Source: Amoeboradix gromovi X-113
Lineage: Eukaryota; Fungi; Sanchytriomycota
Length of the DNA: 8,548 nucleotides
Direction of reading: 5' to 3'
Assembly (NCBI GenBank): GCA_018985225.1
Contig: JADGIF010000440.1
Coordinates: 1-8,548 of the forward strand
The notes beneath the pieces were generated by a model that did no database searches, had not been told where the DNA came from, and was given only the letters and a program-made list of their open reading frames with translations. Position numbers and translations under genes: made by a program. Positions 1 to 7,606 of the stretch are shown here, piece by piece (positions within the stretch are counted from its first letter, which is position 1; each line of letters opens with the position of its first letter).

Positions 1-105
1 TTTTGTGGTCCTCCATTATCGTTCTGCTACATTTTTCACCAAACATGGCCCTTGTGTTATTTTATTGTCAGTTTGACCTCATTGAAACAGTGGCTTAGAA
101 TCAAT

Positions 106-1242
106 ATGATTACTTTTAAGTCAAAATCAATTAATGTTAGTGAGTATATTGAGAAATCTAGAACAATCATTTCAAATGGACGTGCAACATTAGATAAATT
201 AGATAGCAAAACAAAGGATTGGGCTAAAGTTCAGAAAGATTCAGTTAACATTGATCAATTACAGAATATAACATACGAAGGAATAGCGTTCTTGAGCAAA
301 ACCTTGAAAGCGATTCATCAAGAACTAGACGAGTTAACAAAATTACAAGAAAGGAATGGAATTCAGGTAAGCAGTGAGGCTGCATTACTGACTGCTCAGT
401 TTAAGGTGATGAACTTGACTCTTGGACTGGATAAGTTCATTACAGATATTTCACCACCTATAGCAGAAACTGACTTCAGAGTTGAAAAAAAGGATGTACA
501 AATAAAAGACACTCCAGTAGACTTTACATATGAATTTCATACGATCAAAACAGTTGGCGTTTCATTGGATAGCAGCGTATTTGAATCGAATAACCTCAAC
601 TCCGGATCCTTGTCTCAGTCCAAACTTTCAACCCTAGAAATGAGTAAAACTGAAAAAAATACAAAAACAGTAGATAGGAAGGGAATATCAGGTGACAATA
701 GCTCAATTAAGAGAGAAGTAGTGCAGGAAACACCAACACAAAAGTCTGGCACGATTGATAGAAAATCTGGTACACTAGGAAGGCAGCCAGAATTCCTACC
801 GAATCAGCAGCAACAGCAACCATATGGAACTCCACAGCAGCAGCCTCAGTACGGACTCCCTCAACAGCCACAATACGGAGTTCCACCACAACAGCAGTCC
901 TATGGAATGCAGCCACAACAACAGCAATTTGCAGTTCCGCCACAGCAGCAGTACGGCTTACCCCAACAACAGCAGTATAGCGCACCTCAACAGCAATATG
1001 GACTATCGCAACAGCAACCAATGCAAGTTCCGGCACCACTTCAAGCGGGCCCTGCGGCCACTGTGCATATTAAGAAGGCTAAAGTGTTGTACTCTTACGC
1101 TGCGACCGATGTCGATGAACTTAATATAAAGGCTGGTGATATGATTGATGTATTGAACACAGACATGGGTGAAGGATGGGCACTAGGTATTTCTCAGGGC
1201 AAGAAAGGATTATTTCCATATAGCTATGTGCAAATGCAGTAA
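106..1242 (+). CDS. SH3-domain adaptor, probably a divergent Abl-interactor (Abi; WAVE/SCAR complex subunit), ~378 aa
   Basis: C-terminal SH3 is clear ([22 protein letters not shown]...GEGWALG...KGLFPYSYV, ~1072-1239). The N-terminal helical region, a [13 protein letters not shown] segment and an SGTLGR motif resemble Abi by eye. First in-frame ATG is at 106; the track's start at 52 is TTG. The frame is open from base 1, so the true start is uncertain. Confidence 0.7.
   Translation: [378 protein letters not shown]
805..1020 (+). repeat. Degenerate coding repeat, about 8 units of QQQ(Y/F)(G/A/S)xP
   Basis: Translation [71 protein letters not shown]/CAG-rich DNA. Confidence 0.85.
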
Positions 1243-1464
1243 ATGTTTTATTATGATTTCAGGTAATCATGTGCTTTGGCGTACATTTGAACTATTTATT
1301 GAGACTAATCTTGCAGATCATATCTATCTGTTTTCATTGGCGAATTAATCGATAAGAATGACTACATTTTTGGCCATTGCGTTTTTCATTACCACTGATT
1401 GGCTCTAATATTCGATTTGCCACGCAGATAAATATTAATTAGGGAAAGGGTTCTATACAAAGTT

Positions 1465-4400
1465 ATGATTCTTGCATTAGCTTTAACTTCTACTTTACTC
1501 TTGTTCTTTTCTTCTCGAAAAAGGTTTGACGCTAAGCAAGAAGATGGTGATGATCAGATTCCGTTATTGAATCCGGAATTAGTTGTTCCACGGCACATGC
1601 CATTTGTTAGATATGTTTTGGGCTTCTTGTTGGTAGTGAAAGGTGCGGTTGAAATATTCTATTTGCAGTGGTTGTGTATCGTTCTCGGTACTTTCACAAT
1701 TACCCTTGGAGTATTATTGTCAGTATCTCACTTTACCCCAAATCGTGTTGGGACCTTGTTCTTTGGACTACTTGCTATATCATTTGCAGATGCGTATGAG
1801 CTGTACAGTAGCGGTCCCTCTGGTATAATGCGCATTTTAATGCATATTAACTTTGGGATTTCTTTGGCCTCTACTTTACTAGCAATGCACAACTGGTGCT
1901 TCTATCGCTATAGCAGAATTGAGGACACTTTTGCTATGGAAGACAAGAAGATCCAACCTAGTTCTGAAATCAACGCCAGCATATTCCAACTAGCAACCTT
2001 CAGATGGTTCACGCCACTTGTGAACACTGGCTATAAATCATCTTTGACAATGGACGATGTTTGGGATTTAAATCCATTAGATAAAGCAAAGCTGAACAGC
2101 ATGTTATTTGACGAGAAAAAATCCAGGTACCCAAATACTGGATTCATTGTTAAACTGTTCCATTCTATCAAACTAGTGCTGTTCCAACAATGCGCATTTG
2201 CTGTATGCGGTGCATTTGTTACATTCAGTGGCCCTTTCTTTCTCAATCGCATCCTAGATTACTTGCAGCATCCATCGTCGTTGCCTAGCTACATGCCGTT
2301 TATATTCTTATTGTGTATGTTTTGCATGTCAATTACTAAAAGTTTGTGTGATGGTCGCACTTATTTCCTTGGAAGACGAGTTGGCACTCGTATTAGGGCC
2401 ATATTGATTGGAGAAATATATGAAAAAGCATTGCGTCGTAAAACTAATCAGGGAGCAGTGAGAGATGAAGATGGAAATTCCATAAAGACAACTACTGGAG
2501 AGATTGTTAACTTGATGGCTGTTGACGCTCAAAAATGTCTAGATTATGTCTGCTACCTACATATGCTGATTACTACTCCAATGCAGATTATAATATGCAC
2601 TGTTGCTTTATACACCTTTCTGGGATGGTCCGCATTATGTGGTATAATGCTAATGGTTGTGATTATCCCAACTCAAAGATGGCTAGCTCAAATAGTGGAG
2701 GATCAGCAAAATGACTTAATGAAGAGAACAGATGGAAGAATTACCAAAATGAATGAATTACTACAAGGCATCCGTATCGTGAAGTTCTTCGCTTGGGAGC
2801 GCAAGTTTGAAGAATCCTTATTAAATACTCGCGAAGACGAACTGAAATACTTGCGCAAATTTTTATTAACTGTTGCACTGATGATGGTTATTTATCATTC
2901 AATTCCTATATTGGTAAGTTTGTTAACTTTCGTAGCTTTTGCCAAATTAGCTGGTGGTACGCTAACAGCCACAAACGTGTTCACTACCATTTCATTGTTT
3001 TATACGCTGCGAATGCCGCTGTACGATGTTCCTGATCAATTTGTGCGATATTTTGAGACAAGCGTAAGTGTGCAACGTATAGCCAAGTTCTTTACACAGG
3101 AAGAAATGGAACCGCCAATGGAGTCAGACTACATTGGATTCAAGGATGCTTCATTCGGATGGAAAAAAGAGGAGTCCTCTGGCGAAGAATATGGATTTAA
3201 ACTGCTCAACCTGGATATCAGAATACCAGAAAATAAATTGACAGTTATTATTGGACCTACTGGATCTGGCAAATCATCCTTGCTAAGTGCATTGTTGGGT
3301 GAGATGCATACAATCCAAGGTGAATATTCATTACCAAAGAGAAGCAAGGGAGTTGCGTATGTACCGCAACAAGCGTGGCTGATGAATGCGACTATCAGAG
3401 AAAATATTGTGTTTGGACAAGATATTGACTTGGTTAGGTACAATGGCACTATTTATGATTGTGCCCTAAGCAGAGACTTGGAGATACTGGATGGGGGAGA
3501 CGAGACAGAAATTGGAGAAAAAGGGATTAATTTGAGCGGAGGACAAAAACAGCGTGTGGCGCTAGCCAGAGCTTGTTATAGCACCAAGGAAATAGTCATA
3601 CTGGATGACGTATTGAGTGCTGTGGATGCGCCAACTCAGAAACATTTATTTGAAAACTGCATCTTAGGTGGACTAAGTAACAAGACTAGAATATTAGTTA
3701 CGCACTCTGTATCTCTAGTGCTACCAAAAGCCGACCATATAATAGTTATGAGGGATGGGAATGTTTTAGCCCAGGGTGATCTGAACCATATCAGAGAGTC
3801 ATTAAGTGTGGATGATTTATCATTGCTGGATATACCCACGGAGTTGCTGAGTATGAACTATAACAGCACAAGTGACTCGGAACTGACTGAATTAAAAGAA
3901 CAGCAATTACTAGTACACAAGAAACAAAAGAATGGAACTAAACTGGTACAAGAGGAGGAAAGAGCTGTTGGTGATGTAGAGTGGCAAGTGTACTGGTTTT
4001 ATATATCTGTATCTGGTGGCGCTTGTATTTGGATATTTCTGGTATTAGGTAACTTGTTGAGTCAACTGATGAATATTGGACAGGATTACTGGTTAAAGAC
4101 ATGGGCTACAGCGTATGCAGTGGCCGGGCTAACAAGCGATGAGAGCGTGCATGAGCAATCCAATGGGAAAGTAAACGTTAACTTCTACATGTATAGCTAT
4201 ATTGCTATTGGCATTGGGAACATTATAGTTCAATTAACATTCATGGTAGTCCAATTTCTAGCTAGCATAAAGGCAAGTAGGGAGATTCATAAAAGATTAT
4301 TACAGCGCATACTTAGAGCACCGATTTCATTCTTTGATAAGACGCCATTAGGGCGTATTATTAACAGGTTTAGTAGAGACATACAAGTTGTTGACAGAGA

Positions 4401-5902
4401 AGTAAGTGGAGTATTGAGTTACTACCTGTATAATGGACTAGGCACAATTTCAATACTTTTCTTAATTAGCAGCATAACGCCGCTGTTCATGTTGGCAGTT
4501 GTACCCGTAGCTATCATTTATTACTACATTAGTAGCTACTATCTAAAGACTTCAAGAGAATTGAAGAGATTGGATAGCACAACTAGATCACCAATATATG
4601 CACAGTTTAGTGAGACTTTGGTAGGTGCGCATGTTATCAGAGCCTTCCAAAGCGAGTCTATATTTATAAATCAAAACTTCAACAAGATCGATACAAACCA
4701 TAGAGCATTCTTTTATTTGTGGACTAGCAACAGGTGGTTGCAAGTTAGGACTGATTTCTTGGGTGCAATTGTAGTGCTGTGTTCTGGATTGGCTGTGTTA
4801 CTGAGTGGTAATATAGATGCCGGTTTAGCTGGTCTTAGTCTATCCTATGCGCTGACTTTTACTGACAGTGTTATGTGGCTGGTAAGATACAACGCCATGG
4901 TTGAAATGAATTTGAATTCAGTTGAACGAGTGCAGGAATACATGGCAATAGAGCAGGAAGCACCAGCAATTATAGAAAATGCAAGGCCACCCAGCAGCTG
5001 GCCATGGCAGGGTGAAATAAGATGCAAGGATTTCTCTATTCAATATAATCCAACATCAGCACCAGTATTGGATAAGCTGTCATTTAGAATATTCCCAAGA
5101 GAAAAGATTGGGATAGTTGGACGAACAGGAGCAGGTAAATCAACACTAGCAGTAGTTCATGTTAATTTAGATTGCGTTTTTTCGATTCATGGAGGCTAAG
5201 CAAGGCAAAATTGAGATCGATGGGATAGATATCAGCAAAATTGGATTAGAGGATTTAAGAAGTGCATTGACAATTATCCCGCAAGATCCAGTGCTATTTG
5301 AAGGGACCATACGAACAAATTTAGACTTGTTCAATGAAAGAGACGATTTGCAAGTTTGGAATGCATTAAGAAGAGTTCACTTTGTAAGCGACACAAACGA
5401 TGGAATAGGGTGCGAAGATGTTGGATTGGACTCATGTGTTACCGAGAACGGCAATAACTACTCCGTGGGGCAACGCCAACTCTTGAGTTTGGCTAGAGCA
5501 TTGATAAATAGTTCAAAAGTAATTATAATGGATGAAGCTACAGCAAATGTCGATCCTGAAACAGACACCAGAATCCAGCAAACAATCAGAACAGAATTTG
5601 ACGACAGCACTATATTATGCATTGCACACAGGCTAAGAACTGTAATTGACTTCAATAGAATTATGGTGCTAGATCAGGGCAAATTAGTGGAATTTGATAC
5701 TCCATACAACTTGATGATGAATAAAGACGGAATATTCCGAAAAATGTGCATGGAATCAGGTGAATACGAGTACTTGAAGGAACAAGCCGATAAAGGTAAA
5801 GATTTAAATATTGTTGGAAGTTTTAGAAGCGTAGTGAGCGATGATTATGATAGGGCATTACAGGTACGATTTGGATCATCTTTTGACCATTACAGCAAGT
5901 AA
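1465..5902 (+). CDS. ABCC (MRP-type, Ybt1/Ycf1-like) ABC transporter; join(1465..5151,5171..5902), 1472 aa
   Basis: Short hydrophobic N-terminal region, TMD1, NBD1 (GPTGSGKS, LSGGQ, IVILDD), TMD2 (FFDKTPLGRIINRFSRD, SRELKRLDS), NBD2 (GRTGAGKS, PQDPVLF, YSVGQ, IIMDEATA, IAHRL). Splicing out 5152-5170 gives GKSTLA|IAFFRFMEA, the normal NBD2 continuation, in frame with ORF 5189..5902. Confidence 0.95.
5152..5170 (+). other. 19-nt phase-0 spliceosomal intron GTAGTTCATGTTAATTTAG
   Basis: GT...TAG ends and a TTAAT branch-like motif (A at 5165). Removal restores both the reading frame and the expected spacing after Walker A of NBD2. Confidence 0.9.
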
Positions 5903-5912
5903 ATATATTAAG

Positions 5913-5918
5913 TTTATT
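5913..5918 (-). terminator. Putative AATAAA polyadenylation signal of the lipase gene
   Basis: TTTATT on the + strand, 7 nt past the lipase stop codon, inside the 23-nt gap between convergent genes. Confidence 0.45.
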
Positions 5919-5925
5919 TATAGTT

Positions 5926-6795
5926 TTACGTATCCAGTTCTTTCAGCTTGTTGACAACAACGCAATACATTTCCTCTACTTTAGGATCCATGTTTAAACC
6001 AAATCTACCTGATTTATCAACCAGGTCCCAATGTGAACCGTGCAAAGTGGTAAGGTAGTTTTGGAAATGACTAGATTTGATACTAACTATGCCATCATTA
6101 TCACCAGACAGCAAAAACATAACTCGTTCTAGTAAGTTGATATAGTCGTCTAGCTTTTTAATCTTCAATATTTGTAGAATTGGCAAACTATTAAGATCAT
6201 TATCCACAATTTTTTGAGCTAATCTGGACATTGATTCATTGCTGCACTGGAACTTAGCACCAATACTGTAATAATGAGCATCAGTATTTAACTCCACAGT
6301 TTTGTTAAAATGCTCACAATACGAGGTAGTCAAGCAACTATAAGCAGGTTGATCTAAATAATACAAGAGTGAATAAAGCAAGGACTTGGGTTTAGGTGAT
6401 TTTAAAGTTGTGTAGCGGTAACCAAGACCCAATTTATCATTAAGCAAATCCATAAACTCACTACCTAGATGCGGAGTACCAAGGGTGGTCATCGATTTAA
6501 TATTTACTTTATCAGGTCTACTTCTATAAGTATCTAACAAATATCTCGCATCTAAACCCCCCAAAGAATGGCATATCAAATGTGCATCTCTGATGTTATT
6601 CCGAGTCATAAAATCATGCAATTCATCGCTTCTCTGCTTAATGCTGTGAACCATTCCAACCTTGGAAATATAAACTTTGTATCCCAGCTTATTCAGTAAG
6701 TTGGGTACGTTTCCCCAATATTCTAATCTAAAATTTTTAATTTCAATCTTATCAAATCCGAACAATCCATGATGCAAAACTATTGGTCGTGTCAT
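5926..6795 (-). CDS. Alpha/beta-hydrolase lipase, Tgl2-like, 289 aa
   Basis: PIVLHHGLFG oxyanion motif, nucleophile elbow CHSLGGLDAR, TTLGTPHLGS, NDGIVS (Asp) and HWDLV (His). Confidence 0.9.
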   Translation of the reverse strand: MTRPIVLHHGLFGFDKIEIKNFRLEYWGNVPNLLNKLGYKVYISKVGMVHSIKQRSDELHDFMTRNNIRDAHLICHSLGGLDARYLLDTYRSRPDKVNIKSMTTLGTPHLGSEFMDLLNDKLGLGYRYTTLKSPKPKSLLYSLLYYLDQPAYSCLTTSYCEHFNKTVELNTDAHYYSIGAKFQCSNESMSRLAQKIVDNDLNSLPILQILKIKKLDDYINLLERVMFLLSGDNDGIVSIKSSHFQNYLTTLHGSHWDLVDKSGRFGLNMDPKVEEMYCVVVNKLKELDT

Positions 6796-6856
6796 TTTTG
6801 GGACAGAGCTAGGAAAACGTACCCTTGTTTTGGGAGAAGCTTGAAAATTTGGGACA
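6793..6856 (-). promoter_or_regulatory. Three TCCCAAA motifs upstream of the lipase start, the last abutting the ATG
   Basis: Minus strand reads TGTCCCAAA (6856-6848), TCCCAAAA (6835-6828) and TGTCCCAAAA-ATG (6805-6793). Confidence 0.45.
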
Positions 6857-6923
6857 CACTTTGGAAAATGGCCCCAACTACAAGTCGGGAATATTTCTGC
6901 TTTATTGTCTCAAAGTAATCAGC

Positions 6924-7600
6924 CCATTCAGGCTTCTTGCTGCTGACAAGATTTTTTTTCGCCTAGTCAAATAACTACGCATGACATTTTTTAACGAAAT
7001 TGCTATTCTGATCAATTACTTTGGCATAGGCTCGACACGTCCAAATTGGGACCATCGTGAGGTCAGACTTTACTCTTTCGAATTGCTTAACAGCAGAAAC
7101 AGCACAATTTGCTCGTTCTGAATTCGGTAGCATTAACAACTTTGCAATGCATAGCTAATTTTGGTTTAACTTTCGATCAGACATTTGTGGGTGTCTGCCG
7201 GCATGATTTTGAATCATCTTCTTAGTAAACGACTGGATTTTGTTGATTTAGCTATTCATGAATGAGATTTGGTTGAGTAATAGAGAACTATTGCGCAAAC
7301 TCAAGGACACAAGCCTTCTAAAGAATAAACAAGCGTTTAACTATCAAATATGTCAACGCTTCGTCTAAGATTGACTAGCTACGTAAACAACAATTTTGAG
7401 CATCTAATTTCTACTGGTTTCCTTTAGACTGATTTTTTCAGTGCTTCGAGATATGAAAGCAGTCTAACGGAGTTATCATAGATTCTGGGAGAGCCGTTAT
7501 TTTGAAAACATTGGGAAAGAGATTGCAAAGTTAAACGGAGATGGTAGTACATGATTCACTATTTACTTCTTCTAATCTGCTCTTACCCCCAGTCTACAAT
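6924..7600 (-). pseudogene. Decayed Fanzor/TnpB-like RuvC-zinc-finger nuclease remnant (transposon fossil)
   Basis: Manual minus-strand translation gives ordered motifs: QIRRSK**IMYYHL (~7579-7538), KLLFT*LVNLRRSVDIF (7396-7346), NPVVY*EDDS (7239-7210), KVVNATEFRTSKLCCFC (EFRTSKLCCFC at 7125-7093), WTCRAYAKVIDQNSN (7043-6999) and KPEW (6935-6924). Multiple stops and frameshifts are present. Confidence 0.75.
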
Positions 7601-7606
7601 CCCAAA

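Noticed and set aside
45-120. Upstream ATG at 45 (CACCAAAC-ATG) joined to gene 1 through a 16-nt (56-71) or 31-nt (90-120) GT-AG intron
   Set aside because: Either would restore frame, but no homology supports the added residues and ATG 106 needs no splicing; unresolved without RNA data.
367-399. In-frame 33-nt GTAAGC...ACTGAC...CAG intron-like segment
   Set aside because: It has no stop and its translation fits the helical Abi-like alignment without a gap, so it is probably coding.
707-1129. ORFs 707..1039 (-) and 824..1129 (+)
   Set aside because: Shadow frames of the CAG/CAA-rich repeat in gene 1.
1424-1442. 19-nt GC-AG segment GCAGATAAATATTAATTAG resembling the micro-intron
   Set aside because: Splicing links to no upstream ATG (stop at 1359-1361 in that frame); at most a 5' UTR intron, unsupported.
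2914-2935. 22-nt GTAAGT...TTAAC...TAG intron look-alike
   Set aside because: It encodes the conserved PILVSLLTF TMD1 helix, and removal would frameshift the transporter.
1643-5655. Short ORFs nested in or antisense to the ABC transporter
   Set aside because: No recognisable motifs; expected by-products of a long coding region.
5189-5902. Separate 237-aa ABC ATPase gene or frameshifted pseudogene
   Set aside because: It lacks Walker A and is exon 2 of the ABCC gene after the 19-nt intron.
6981-7121. 46-aa plus-strand small ORF (MTFFNEIAIL...)
   Set aside because: No motif; it lies antisense to the best-preserved part of the Fanzor-like remnant.
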